Translations under genes and position numbers: made by a program
Notes under the pieces: generated by a model
What the model saw: only the letters and a program-made list of their open reading frames with translations
Databases searched by the model: none
Told to the model about the DNA's origin: nothing
In this document: in pieces, positions 22,241 to 36,467 of the stretch
Layout of the letters: the number at the start of each line of letters is the position of its first letter
Position numbering within the stretch: position 1 is the stretch's first letter
Origin: Octopus sinensis
Taxonomy: Eukaryota
DNA: 64,000 bases
Assembly (NCBI RefSeq): GCF_006345805.1
Contig: NC_042998.1
Location: forward strand, 18,600,001-18,664,000
Direction: 5' to 3'

Positions 22241-25235
22241 GCATCAGCAATATCCTGATTCCCATGATTTCCTTTGGGATGATTATGGATGTGTAGTAGG
22301 CGGCAACGCAAGACAAACTTCCACAGGAGAAAACATGAACCTAATCAAAATAGCTACTCAGCAGCATAAAACGCGTCTAACATACTAACCGTTTCTCAGC
22401 TCTAGATCTACGGCACCAAGTTGAGGAAATCTCATCTGTTGTTTACGACAGGAGAGTCCACTACATACATGCATACATACATACATACATGTATGAATGC
22501 ACACATGCAATATATATGCACATACACATATATTTGTATGCACACACACACACACATCCTTTAGTGTGCACAGCATGAAGATAGATAGAAGCTACTAATA
22601 CTTTGATGCTGTGAAGACACCAACACAGCTTGGGCCTCCAACCAATCTCGAGCTCTGAGCACATGGTCTGCTCTATTTGAGAATCAGAATACTGGTACGC
22701 GAGAAATCAGATGTAAATGAAATGACATGAGAAAAATGTCGATGCAGAAAATGAGAGTGAACAAAACGGAAAAGATAAAGAAAGAAAATTAAACTAGAGT
22801 TACGTTCCCTTTGACAGTAGAAAACAAATAACACTAGCTGTAGAATAATTCGACGGAGAGGGACCAAAATCTACGAGACAGCTGCTCAATCCGGAAAGAG
22901 TGTTGACCACCAGTTCGCCCCCAAACTTTGTCCATATTCTTACATATGGTGAAAATTTCAGATCTCGAATTCAGTCGTACGATGGAATTCTTAGAAATAA
23001 AATTAATGCGCGATCTACTTTATATACATATAAAATAGTAATATGTATATGTAAGCAAGTTTGCTAGCCTCACTATACATGTACGCTGTATCAGTCTACG
23101 AATGCGTGCCAAAGGTAATAAAACCAAACGACTACTGAACATATTTGTGTATATGCCAGTTGTTTAATGAATCGATAAAGAAAATCCGGTGGTACAGGTT
23201 ACTCTTAATTTCTTAACCAAGTTATTTATTCTGGTTTAAGTGCATATATGTACACATCAGCTACGTCGTAAGACTACCATCCTGCATTATTTATCTTAAG
23301 AAGCTTGACTCTCAATTGGTTTTAAACTGTTTTCTGTTTTTCTTTTGTTTTTTTTTAATCTTTCCTGTTCACTTCACCTATAATATGTGCCATCCTTGCT
23401 GCGGTCAGCTTAGCCCAGCTGTAATTTCTCGATGGCTTATGTCTGTATAACTACGATTATTGTTATTATCTTTCCTTCTAAGGCCCTGAGGTGGCAAAAT
23501 CGCTAGGTCATCAGAAAGAATTCTTTGAATGCTTTTCTTCTGAATTATTACGTCCTGTGTTAAAATTTCGCGTAGGTTGACTTTGCATTTCATCCTTTTG
23601 GAATCAATATAATATGTACCAGTCAATCATAGTGGTGAATGTAACCAACTTGTCGCTTCCCGTTAAAAATTGCAGGCCTTGAGCCAAAATTTGAAATAAT
23701 TATTATTTCTTCTTCTTGTCTCCCGACTATGTCTTCTCATCTTCCCTGTCCTTTTTTTCTCTCCACCTTCTTTATCGTTTACTTCGTACAAGCGTCTTGT
23801 CATTTTTTAAGGTTACATTATTTTTCGCTGACTGTGGACTAGTAAAGATACATATATAGGCGCAAGCATGGTTGTGTGTTTAAGAGGTTCACGCCATAAC
23901 CATGTGGTTTTAGGGTCAATGTCTGTGTGTCTTAGCCTTTGGTGGCTGTTTCGTAAGTACATGAAGTTGCAGGAAAAAGTTAAAACACTTTCTCGATTCA
24001 CGCGCCTAGAGTTACAAATAACTAAATGCGAGATGATACTTTACGGATATTGTCATTTTATAGTATCAAAAAAATATAGGATGGTCACGACTATAGTATA
24101 TTTGAGTATAGGTCTTTGCTCTCAGAGATGACCCGGGGTCGAGATAAATAAAATAACACATTATAAAAGTTAGAAGAAAGAACACTTGATATGTATCTAT
24201 CAGTCTCCACAAAGTCTCTGAATGTTTATGGACGGAACATACATATTTTTTTTTAGTTCCTGTTCAGTCTATATAACCATAGATCAGAGGCTCGGATTAT
24301 TAAGAGCTTAATTCTTTTTAACATGCTCAGTCTTCAACTTCTACAGAAATCTTGTTTCTATCACCACTTGTATATCTATATACCTATTCTAGTATATCTA
24401 TATATCTAATATATCTATATATCTGTATACCTATATATTTATTCTTCATTTGAATGCTCTTGACATATCTTCATTCACTCTTGACATTTCCTCATTTTTT
24501 TCAGAACATACACGGGTAGCTTATCCTCTTACTTTACCTAAATATTCTGGTTTAATCCTTCAGTTGGTATTTCACTGTGTAATGCCTTTGCCATATTCAA
24601 ACATTACACTACACAACTATAAGTCACTGCATTTATTTTTTTCGGCTATATCGAGAGTAAATTATATCAGTTACATGTAACTTTAGAACGGTATTATAGC
24701 ATTTTGCAGTCCTTGACCTTAAGCAATCTAAACGATCAATATATACAAACACATAAGGCCGCAGATTAGTGGGGTGATAAGGTCGTCGATTATAGATAAT
24801 GTAAAGGGTTGAATGATCAGATTCGATAGAATTGCTTACAAAAGAACGTGCGATATTTAATTGTCTATTTATGTTATGATTTCAAATCCTACATAGGTCG
24901 ATTTCGTCTTTCATCTTTTCGCCTTCGATGAAAATAAAAATATGGGCTCGTTATAATTGATTACACCAAAATATATGCGGTTGAGCTTATGTTGAAAATC
25001 GATAATTTCAGTGTGAATAAGAAGAGGATGAGGTTAATATAAACAGTATATTGTCCAATTAAAGGCCACGCATTTTGAATTCGTATTGTGTTGGATATCC
25101 TGGTGCTATCTCAGCACGCTATGAATTTGATCGAATATTAGTTTGATGATTTATCCACTGGTCGGGAACAAATAAAATAATGTTTATCATTGCCAGAATA
25201 TTCTTCCAAAACCATTCGTGGCCTTTTGCCAATAT

Positions 25236-25442
25236 TACTCTTTTACTTGTTTCGGTCGTTTGACTGCGGCCATGCTGGAGCACCGCGTTTAGTAGAGCAA
25301 ATCGACCCCCAGGACTTATTCTTTGTAAGCCTAGTACTTATTCTATCGGTCTCTTTTGCCGAACCGCAAAGTTATGGCGACATAAACACACCACCATCAG
25401 TTGTCAAGCAATGTTGGGAGGACAAACACAGACACACAAATC

Positions 25443-25502
<60 letters not shown>

Positions 25503-25689
25503 ATATATTATATATATATATATATACGACGGACTTCTTTCGGTTTCCGTCTACCAAATCCACTCACAAGGCTTTGGTCGATCCGAGGCTATAGTAGAAG
25601 ACACTTACCCAAGGTGCCACGCAGTGGGGCTGAACTCGGAACCATGTGGCTGGTAAACAAGCTACTTACCACACCGCTACTCCTACGCC
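25236..25689 (-). mobile_element. Microsatellite-containing SINE, full length
   Basis: Same arms as 18430-18891 with a central (CA)n(TA)n tract. Confidence 0.9.
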
Positions 25690-26479
25690 TATTCGTAAAG
25701 ATTTTCAACTAAGTATACTGGTTTTGTTTTTAAGTATTCAGTTTAATAGCGGAGAAGTCTGAGGTCAAATTAACTTTTGTCTTTCATCCTTGCAAAACAG
25801 AAATCTAAGATGAACGCTAATAACGTATTTAGCACGCATGAACTTGACTATATAAGAACGTGTATCAGACATGGGTTTTGTCATGGATCATTAAAAAACA
25901 AATACGATGTGAATGGGTTAGGCTAGCAAATCGAATTCGTCGTAATCACAAGCATTTTCTGAAATACCGAAAATATTCCTTTACATCCAGCGCTGATCTT
26001 TTTCTTGCAATACCCGCGAAGTTTTGATCTACTTTCTATCCTAACATATTAAATTACGTGAGATATTTCATGATACAATTACATTTATACTTCATTCAGA
26101 AAAGATTTGCTTTATCTTTCTTCTGCCTTCCTGCAGGGTTTGCCTCGATATACAATGAAACAAAAACCAATTTTATCTTACAATCTCTTGTTTCCGCCAA
26201 ACGTAATAAATACATGCTTTACTTTCTATTTATCTATTGATTTGTTAGTATTCTTCACTTTTTTTTATTTTATTTCTTTCATCCATAAGCGACCTATTTC
26301 TCTGCTGTACTCTGCTGCCAGTATATTATTTCTTTCTAATATTCTTATAGAGTATCGTAGGATATTAGTTGCAGAATAATGCAAGTGAATCGGGAGGACA
26401 GAAATGGGCAAAAGGGAAAAAAAATATATCGTCTCGGATATCAATTACATTTCCTGTCCTAAATAATTATTAAAAAGTG

Positions 26480-26534
26480 AATATATATATATATATATAT
26501 ATGTTATATATATATATATGTATATATATATATA

Positions 26535-26586
<52 letters not shown>

Positions 26587-26593
26587 ATATATA

Positions 26594-26639
<46 letters not shown>

Positions 26640-26733
26640 TATATATATATATATGTATCTATATATATATATGTAATATATATATATAATATGTATCTAT
26701 ATATATATCTGTATCTATATATATATGTATCTA

Positions 26734-26776
<43 letters not shown>

Positions 26777-26990
26777 GTATATATGTATCTATATATGTAT
26801 CTATATATGTATATATGTATCTATATATGTATATATGTATCTATATATGTATATATGTATCTATATATGTACATCTATATATATATATGTATATATATAT
26901 GTATATATATGTATATACATATATATATATATGTATATATACATACATATATATATGTATATATATATATATGTATATATATATACATAC

Positions 26991-27024
<34 letters not shown>

Positions 27025-27124
27025 GTATATATATATATGTATATATATATACATACATATATATATATGTATATATATATACATACATATATATATGTAT
27101 ATATATGCATACATATATATATGC

Positions 27125-27155
<31 letters not shown>
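26480..27155. repeat. Long (TA)n-based compound microsatellite with GTATCTATATAT and TACATA variants
   Basis: Seen directly; source of the 284, 150 and 141 aa Y/I/M ORFs. Confidence 0.95.
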
Positions 27156-27158
<3 letters not shown>

Positions 27159-27543
27159 CCGAGTTTCTATTGTCTAGATTTCAATCTTGCAACAAAATCG
27201 AGGAATGATTATGAGTTATTTCGTTTCTGTCTGTTCGTAGCATCACTGTGCATGTACAAACCTGATCTTAATCTTTCGACTTACAAAGCAACATCCAATA
27301 TATATGTGGAATATCGAAATAATGAAGAAAAAAAAAGAGAAAAGAAAAAAGAACATTGGCTATTTGGTTACATTCTTTTCGTTTCTTAGGCTACGTTAAT
27401 AAGAAGTTCATTTTGTCGTTCATACCTGCTGTCGACAACAAGAAAAATAATAAAAATATAAAAGAATGGTGCTTTATTAAATAGACTATCATTCGTCCTA
27501 TATATATGACCATGCACTAAATTTGAAAGTGAAAATATTTAAA

Positions 27544-27736
27544 TTGTTTCTGTTATTTGACTGTGGCCATGCTGGAGCACCGCCTTTAGTCGAGCAAATC
27601 GATCCCAGGACTTATTCTTTATCAGCCTAGTATTTATTCTATCGGTCTCTTTTGCCGAACCGCTAAACACACCAGCATCGGTTGTCAAGCGATGTTGGAG
27701 GGACAAACACAGACACACAAACATATACACACAGAT

Positions 27737-27770
<34 letters not shown>

Positions 27771-27960
27771 GCACACATGTATATATATAAATATATACGA
27801 CGGGCTTCTTTCAGTTTCTATCTACCAAATCCACTCACAAAGCTCTGGTCAGTCCGAGGCTATAGTAGAAGACACTTGCCCAAGGTGCCACGCAGTGGGA
27901 CTGAATCCGGAACCATGTTGTTCGTAAGCAAGCTACTTACCACACAGCCACTCCTACACC
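27544..27960 (-). mobile_element. Microsatellite-containing SINE, full length with a small deletion
   Basis: Same arms as the other copies. Confidence 0.9.
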
Positions 27961-28822
27961 TATATATATATATATTATATATATATATATATATATATCT
28001 GTACTTCAGTGTATCTAATAAACTTACTCTTTCTATCCCTTCATTTTCCTTTTCTCACTACTAAATTTTACTCAGTCCTTCAACTCATATCGAATGTATT
28101 CGTTTTCATAACTAATTCCAATTAGGCTAACAAAAGTCTTTCACTAATAAATGTGGTACTAGTAACAGATTGATAGGCATCACTATTATTCTCGGTTTCA
28201 CTTCTCTGTAAAACAAGGCCAGTTCATTCCTAGGTAGTGTAAAAATGACCGAGGTTTTGGTTGATGGTCAGCCCCAGGCATAGGTTATATTATCAAACTT
28301 TTGAGACTGTAGAGTATCTTAGTGGGAAGAATATACTAATATTGTGGGACTGACCATACGCCTAAAAGACTGACCATACGCCTCAAATGTTAGTGAGCTT
28401 GTTTTTCCACGCTATATAAACTTATACATACTAGATACTGCTTTTTCTTGAAGACAACTTCCCAAGGTCACAACTACTTTAAAACGAACACCAACTTTTC
28501 AATAAATGCTAAGTTTTTGCTCTGGTTAATGAAATTGCTGCAAATTTTCCTCTTCAGATTTTACGATTATGAGAAATCGAAAGTGATTCTCATTACATAA
28601 ATAATATCGTAAAACATATGGCGATATTTTCTTCTGACTTTGTTTTTGCTGCAGTTGTGGAAATATTGTTCACACCGATTTAATACCACAGAAAATATTC
28701 ATCCAATGTGTGGTTAATTTACGAAGTTGTAACAATTACAGCATGATATAAACACATTTAGTGTTACCTTACGAAGGTGACATTTTCGTTGAATATACCA
28801 CCTTAACCACACACACACGCAC

Positions 28823-28871
<49 letters not shown>

Positions 28872-28904
28872 TAAATATATATATATACACATATATAAAG
28901 TGTA

Positions 28905-29232
28905 GGCGCATTGCTCAGTGGTTAGAGCATCGAGCTTACGATCGTGAGGTTGTGAGTTCGAATCCCGGACCGGGCTGTGCGTTGTGCTCTTGAGCAAGAC
29001 ACTATATTTCACGTTGCTCCAGTTCACTCAGTTGTAGAAGTGAGTTGCAACGTCACTGGTGCCAAGCTGCATCAGCATTTGCCTTTCCCTTAGATAACAC
29101 TGGTGGCGTGGATGGGAGAGGTCGGTATGCATGGGTGACTGCTGGTCTTCCATAGACAACCTTGACCGGACATGTGCCTGAGAGGGTAACTTTCAAGGTG
29201 CAATCCCATGGTTAGTCATGACCGAAGGGACT
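28905..29232 (+). mobile_element. tRNA-derived SINE (head GGCGCATTGCTCAGTGGTTAGAGCATCGAGC)
   Basis: A-box TGCTCAGTGG and B-box GAGTTCGAATCC; body TTGAGCAAGACACTATATTTCACGTTGCTCCAG; homologous to 50071-50372. Confidence 0.88.
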
Positions 29233-29799
29233 CTCAGTAGCTCAGCAATGCCGTATCAAAATCATGAATGACGCCCGACGAAAACTTTTTAACAGTATTC
29301 TCAGGCGTTTCATCTCAAAATTTCAAATAATACTTCCTTGGGATATCAAATGCAAAAGGTGTTTAAAACTACTTCCTAAAAATACTAAATTCCCTTCAGA
29401 GCTGGAAAGCAACTCAGCACCTAAAAATTCTAAATTTCAACATGATACCAGTGCTCTTTACATTAGAATAGAGCCGCTAATACATCTCAAAAAGTGCGGT
29501 TACCATACATTCCCTCGTGTACATGCACACATATATACATAGACAAATATTTTTTCTCATTAGGCAGTTGCATTACACATATACAAATGCACACAAGGAG
29601 TGAATGAAGTTCCTTCTACGTGGACAAGCAGGTAGCCAGAAATAGCTACCATATTTATCTCAAATCATACTCTCTACACACTTAACAAAATTGATACCGC
29701 GGCCAGGTATGATGCTACATATGAAATGGTTGTATGGTCACAGAAGAAACGCCACTGATCATAGGTCTGCTCGAATAAAGTCAGCCAGGGCTACAATAG

Positions 29800-30104
29800 T
29801 GTGAGGCGCAATGGCCCAGTGGTTAGAGCAGCGGACTCGCGGTCGGAGGATCGCGGTTTCGATTCTCAGACCGTGTGTGTTTATTCAGCGAAAGCACCTA
29901 AAGTTCCACGAGGCTCCGGCAGGGGGTAGTGGCGACTTCTGTTGTATTCTTTCGCCCCAACTTTCTCGCACTCTTTCTTCCTGTTTCTTGGGCAACGCTG
30001 CGATGGACTGGCGTCCCGTTCAACTGGGGGGAGCACATACGCAACAGAAACTTAAAAACTGGACCCATGAGCCTGGCTAGGCTTCAAAAGGGCGCACAAA
30101 AAAT
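29800..30104 (+). mobile_element. tRNA-derived SINE (GAGGCGCAATGGCCCAGTGG head), tail type ii
   Basis: Head and body as in 1901-2283 but a different tail (GCGATGGACTGGCGTCCCG...AAAGGGCGCA); TSD GGCTA(C/A)AATAG at 29789-29799 and 30105-30115. Confidence 0.85.
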
Positions 30105-31395
30105 GGCTAAAATAGCAAGAACAAAAGTTACGAACAGTATCTAGCATGCCGACCGTTTTTTTCCTCATTGTATTACACCGCTTAACAAAGTATTACCAGC
30201 CCTCAATCCCCTCTTCCCCTATTTCGTAAGTTTCTTAACTAAGCAATCATGTCCTCACCTAATCTATAATTGTTTCCATTCTCTCAAAACAATTTTTTCA
30301 ACTATTTGTTTTGTAGCGACTGGCATTAATCTCTTCCCGCATGTTCGATACTCTCATTAAGGAATAAATTTTTTTTTGGGGGGGGGGAGGGGGGTCACTG
30401 TTGTTGTTATTTATGTTGCTATGGTTCAGGTTAGCTTCAATCAAGAAGGCCTACAGTCGAATACTTCGTTGGTGGGTATATTTTATCAATATATATTATG
30501 TAACTTTCCTTTCAAGAGGGCAAAGATTTAAGGAAAATTAAGCTGCGATATTCCGTTTAACGAGCTTAACAACTCTTCAGAGAATACCTTAATTGGCACG
30601 AAGCAAGATATTAAATTGTGTTGAAATATAAGTAGGGTGAGCTTAAGTGAAAATTAGCTCTGTATTATAAACGTGAGATTGATTTGCGTGCCTACATTCT
30701 AGGATCTTTCGTGTGGATGATATGAAGATACCAAAATACATAGACTATCAGACGTTGGATGTCATGAGCTTTAGCGAAGAAGGATGTAAACGCATACGAA
30801 CGTATCGCTTACAGATTTAATAGATAAGAATTAGTGGGACGGAACACATGTCAGTGAGTAATTGATATGATATTAAAAATCCTTGTTAAGAGATCATTGA
30901 TAAATGCCAAAACGAAACAAAACAAGGAAAAAGAAAAACAGGAAAAAAAAGAAAGAAAGAATATGAATGAAAGACGAAAAGAAGTATACAAACGTGAAGA
31001 ATTCATTCTCTTAATAAGAAAAAGATGTTCAGAGAAAAGATATTGAAATGGACTATCTAAACAAATTATAATCTGTACAAAATAAGGAATATTTATTTTA
31101 GGATAAGTAAAACGGAAATAAACTTGATTTCATATCCTGAGATGTTAAGAATAGAATTTAATGAATAAATCGCAAATATGTGCCTGAAATATATTTAAAA
31201 ACTATACAAATAACACATTGCTACTGTTACATTCCTGATTTGAGGCAGTACGAATAACTAGCGACTATAAAATATATATCATGTTATACACAATATATAC
31301 CAGGAATGTCTGTACTATAATAAGATTCCTATATCTATTGATGTTTATAATCATTTTCAGCGAGAATCGCTTAATCGTTATTATTATCATTATTA

Positions 31396-31432
<37 letters not shown>

Positions 31433-31997
31433 GAACTAAAATAATATGACCTATATTGATGCAATCTAATAGCGGCAAACTCTCACAGGAATTAGCTTTT
31501 TCTTCTATGTGCTCTCGACTTGAAGAGAATTATTAAATCACACACATTAGTTGGTTTATTATCAATATTACCCTCTTAGAGACACTAACAGTATTTTTCT
31601 AGATTCTAAATCACAGCTTGTCATCCTCCCTGTCCCCACATTTATACACGCTGTAAAATGGTCTCCTCTCAACCATACCTTTGTAAAATAAATATACAAG
31701 AAACTGGTTTGCGCCTAACATACACATATTATTAAATCTTATTGAAACGGATATATCATTGCATTAAAATAAGCTAAGTTCGCTGAGCAAAGATTGTTCC
31801 CACGATATATTTCGTCATAATTTTTTTCTGTTTACATATTTATTTATATATGTCAAAACTAAAAAAAAAAAGGAAAACGATTATATGCTATTAAACACAC
31901 ACACGCACAAACACACATATTCACAAGCTCACACACACATCAGATGCATTACTAATATTCTTGGTGATACAGAAGACCTTTCTATCATTTATGTTAA

Positions 31998-32029
<32 letters not shown>

Positions 32030-32803
32030 TATGTGAAATAGAAAGATGAATAATCTTGTAGTAGATTAATCAAAAGTTTAACCGATACCTTAGTAGCAAA
32101 AATCACAGCAGTAAACAGCACGGTTGGAGGTACAACCATCTGCGTTGCAACCGTGCGTTGGTGCGGATAATTGAAATTAAAACATTATTGGTGAATTGAA
32201 GAAATGGAGCTGAACGCAGATTGGACAGAAATCGTTTTATTTCATTCTACACGTGTTTCGAAAGGCACAAATTACCAAAATCCGATTGAATAATGGGACC
32301 ATATGTGTCTTTCTCTTCAGGAAGAAAAAAGGAAATCCGCTGGAAAAACAAAAACAGAACAGAGGCTGAGCAAAAACAAATCGAACTATGCTCCTAAGAG
32401 CCCATGGCGAAACTGTTTATCAGTGTATGTTGAGAACCGGTGACTGAAGAATTCAACGGGTCAGGCATCGGTCAATCATGTGGGTGAGGGTGTATAGATG
32501 TTCTTTGTGACCGAGCATAAAGTTCTGACTATTTAAGGAATATTGGATGTTTTATAAGGGGCGAGAAAAAATCTACTTAGAGACGTGTGTGTGTGTATAC
32601 TGTTCTATATAGTGTGTGTTGTGGGCGTAGGGTAGAAAACATTTTTGTGTACGTGTGTGCGTTTGATCGTTCGGCTGTCAGTGGCTACTGCCGTGATAAC
32701 CGTTGGGTGGCAGAAAGAAAAAAAATATATATATATTATGTTTTATGTGGTGTGTGTGTTCATCTAAGCCTGCCTTGTCAAGGAAACCCCCTGCTGTGTG
32801 AAA

Positions 32804-32836
32804 TCGTCACTCCACCGTCGTGGAGGTCTTCCGGGT

Positions 32837-32871
<35 letters not shown>

Positions 32872-33031
32872 GGTATGTAGAAAAATACAACATGGACAAG
32901 AACGTATAACTCTTAGAAGACGACACAATAAACATGGACAGGACATTCGAACCCCTCAGTCTTCAGTCAAGAACCGGATCATCTTAGTAATTTCGGCTTC
33001 GTCACTCCACCGTCGTGGAGGTCTTCCGGGT

Positions 33032-33073
<42 letters not shown>

Positions 33074-33075
33074 TT
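32804..33075. repeat. Partial tandem: 35 bp hairpin-bearing motif plus (AT)n, repeated around a ~130 bp spacer
   Basis: TCGTCACTCCACCGTCGTGGAGGTCTTCCGGGTGG followed by (AT)n occurs identically at ~32804 and ~32999. Confidence 0.9.
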
Positions 33076-33169
33076 TGCCAAATTTGCTTTAATTCACATT
33101 TTATTTATATCTAATTTTTCATGCAATATTTTCTGCTTTAAATAAATTTTGATATAACATTTCATACCT

Positions 33170-33660
33170 AGGCACATGAGTGGGTGTGTGCTAATAAGTG
33201 TGTTTTACAACCACATGGTTCCGGATTCAGCCCCACTGCGTGGTATCTTGTACTATAACCTGAGACCGACCAGAGTAGATTTGGTAAATAGAAACTAAAA
33301 GAGACCCGTTCACTGCTCGAAATGAGGAGTAGATAAACAGCCGACAAAGGATCATTCTTGCTTCGTGTTCATACTTTCATCAGACCGGACCAGTCGTATT
33401 CCCGGACAAACTTATGGCAAATATTATCCACTCATTTCATAGAATCATTCTTGTAAAATATATTCTTTATCTTTCAATTCTTTCAGTTATTTGACTGCGG
33501 CCATGCTGGAGCACCGCCTTTAGTCGAGCAAATCGACCCCAGGACTTATTCTTCGTAAGCCTAGTACTTATTCTATCGGGGTTTTTTGCCGGACCGCTAA
33601 GTTACGATGACGTAAACAGACCAGCATCGGTTGTCAAGTGATATTGGGGGACACAAACAT
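33170..33660. mobile_element. Microsatellite-containing SINE fragments: plus-strand head/left arm (33170-33310) and minus-strand right arm (33478-33660)
   Basis: CCACATGGTTCCGGATTCAG.CCCACTGCGTGG...GAAACTAAAAGAGACCCGT and TTGACTGCGGCCATGCTGGAGCACCGCC...CGGTTGTCAAG. Confidence 0.75.
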
Positions 33661-34499
33661 ATACACACACACACAGACTATCCACGTTATGTAATGTGTC
33701 ATTCCTTGGAAATTTGAGAGAGATTTTACCACTATCTCTAGAAGGTAAAGCCACCAAATAGAGATTCGCCTAGAGCGCGAATCGTCTGTGTGTGTGATGC
33801 GAATGCGTGAGGCCTAAATAAGCAGCCGCAAGATTATGCGGTCAATTCTAGGACCGGTATGAGTGTTGCGATCTTAGACAAAACACATCGTTTCACGTTG
33901 CTCCAGTCCACTCAACTGTAAAAGAATACTCCTTTGACGGACTGGCGGCCCTTTCAGCATTGATGATGTGTTCACGGCCACTTATACACCACGGAAATAT
34001 GTGAATGAGTGAAAGTGTGAACAAATAAAATTATTTATGAACTGTGTCGTATTTAGTGAACAGCTTGCAAAGAAAACAATTGAATTTTATGTAACTGAAC
34101 TTCATTTACTTTGCTTATTCAGCATGAAGGGGTAGTTGTCATCAGCTGTGAAAGCCTTCCAAGACCGATCGTTAATGTACAATCTAAGATTTTACAAGTG
34201 AAAGCTTGGGAGAAAGATATTACGAGAGAGAGACATTCCAGAGTTGGTGTGGGAGCGTACTCGGGCGCATGTCCCAGGAATTTTTCGAAGGAAGGGCACA
34301 AGATCTGAAGGAAATACAATAACGAGAGAAAGGGGCGTAATAACATTATTTAGAAGGGAGTACTTCTTTTTCTTGAGAGGGGCATGTGCCCTTCAGCCCC
34401 ACTGGATCCACCCCTGCTCCTGGTGTTGATATGATCAAAGAAATCTCTTGAACACGGTACATCAGCGTGACGTTAGTACAATGAGTTAAGCCAGTAAAA

Positions 34500-34893
34500 T
34501 CTCTACATATATGAAGCTGAAGTTGTCTGTGTATGGCAGGTTTGGTAGCCTTCAACTAACACTATCTCCTTCGAGACCCTGCAGCGCAAGTTGGCCAAAA
34601 TTGAGAGTATGATAGAAGAAGGCTTGCTCTTCATTCCGTAAAAGAAAAAAATTCAAATCGGACCATGTTAACACCAAAAATTCTTTACATCAAAAAGGTG
34701 CTTTTTTTCTTTGAAAATCCCTATTTTTTACGATTTTTTGACTGCTGTGTCGCCATTTTTCGGTGTATTTCAACCAGAAAAATGTTCACTTAAAGAGAAT
34801 AACAAGCTACATAATGCAAATGTTTTTACTTTTCAAAAATTCCAATTCTAAAGGGTCGAAACAAACTCGAGCAACGCCGGGCGATACTGCTAT
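34500..34893 (+). mobile_element. Non-autonomous Helitron-like element, copy 2
   Basis: A|TC start, colinear with copy 1, ends GAGCAACGCCGGGCGATACTGCTAT before T. Confidence 0.8.
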
Positions 34894-35596
34894 TTATAAA
34901 TAAAGTAAAGGTTTTGTTAACTAAAGAAAATTTTTCAAAAACTGAGAGAAAGGGAGTCACTTTCTAAAATGTGTTGGCACCGGCATTATTATGGTAGAGT
35001 AATCGAAATTTACTCTAGTCTGGCGTATTGTTTACAAGTAGCAGAATGGATGTTGTTTGCACTTTCTGCTCATCGCCGCTTTGGCAGAGTAAAGATGATA
35101 TTTATGACTTCCTCTCCTTCATAGAATTCAATCCATTTGGGTCATATCAGATGTTCGTCTATCTCCTACTATCAGTGTACGTGCAGTCTACTAGTACACA
35201 CATGTCGAAATAAAATACAAATATACAAGCCAACCGAAAGAGCTAACATGGCCATCGGATATGTTAGCAATATCAAGCTCATATATTTCGTATTACAAAC
35301 TAGCTTCTTGGAAACGTAACACATTCTATGTAATAAAGATTTGGGTAAAGAGACGGGATGGTTACCAACAGAAAACATTTCCCACAGAGTCTGCATTATG
35401 AGTGCCAATCTTCGGTTGAATAAAAATGCTAGGGGAAGCAGCAGAAAAGTAACGCTTTATTCTTCTACTCATATTACATTCACCATATTAAAAAAAAAAT
35501 CGGAAAGGCATATAGGATAATGCAGTCCTACACACAAGTCTGAGAGATAGACATAAAAATAACGGCTGGATTGACTTAGGTCATTGGTAATTAACA

Positions 35597-35929
35597 TTAT
35601 TTAGAAGCACTCCGTCGGTTGCAACGACGAGGGTCCCAGCTGATACGATCAACGGTACAGCCTGCTCGTGAAATTAACGGGCAAGTGGCTGAGCACTCCA
35701 CAGACACGAGTACCCTTAACGTAGTTCTTGGGGAGATTCAGCGTGACACAGTGTGACAGGGCTGGCCCTCTGAAATACAGGTAGTACGCATTTTTTCCAG
35801 CAGAAGGTACTGGAGCAACGTGAAAATAAAGTGTCTTGCTCAAGGACACAACGCGCCGCCGGGAATTGAACTCAAGATCTTACGATCATGAACCGAATGC
35901 CCCTAACCACTTAACCACGCGCCTTCACA
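35597..35929 (-). mobile_element. tRNA-derived SINE (head GAAGGCGCGTGGTTAAGTGG, body GTGTCCTTGAGCAAGACAC) carrying tail type i
   Basis: TSD GGTAATTAACA at 35586-35596 and 35930-35940; 3' half matches the tail of 1901-2283. Confidence 0.88.
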
Positions 35930-35960
35930 GGTAATTAACAATAAATACAAACATAGACAA

Positions 35961-36337
35961 AAGCACGGCTGTGTAGTAAGAAGCTAGCTCCCCAACCACA
36001 TGGCTGCAGGTTCAGTTCCACTGCGTGGTATCTTGGGCATGTGTCTTCTGCTTTAGTTTCGGGCTAACGAAAGCCTTGAGGGGGAATTTGGTAGACGAAA
36101 ACTGAAAGAAGCCTCTCGTATGTGTGTATATGTATGTATATATGTATGCGTGCTTGTCTTTGTCTCTGTGTTTCTCCCACCACTACATCTTGACAGTGTT
36201 GGTGTGTTTATGTCCCCTTAACATAGCGGCTCGACAAAAGCAACCGATAGAATAAGTACCATGCACGACTAAAAATTCTTCAAGATGGTGCCCCAGCATG
36301 GCCGTAGGGAAATAACTGAAACAAATAAAAAATAAAG
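35961..36337 (+). mobile_element. Microsatellite-containing SINE, older diverged copy
   Basis: GGCTGTGTAGTAAGAAGC...GAAACTGAAAGAAGCC...CCGATAGAATAAGTACC...GTGCCCCAGCATGGCC. Confidence 0.8.
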
Positions 36338-36413
36338 CTACGTATACCAATATATATGTATGTACATGTGTATGTTTGTGTGTGTGTATAAATATATATA
36401 TGCGCTTATGGGT

Positions 36414-36467
<54 letters not shown>

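Noticed and set aside
33340-33395. Minus-strand CTGATGA as a hammerhead core
   Set aside because: It is followed by GAAG rather than GAAA, with no credible helix II or helix I.
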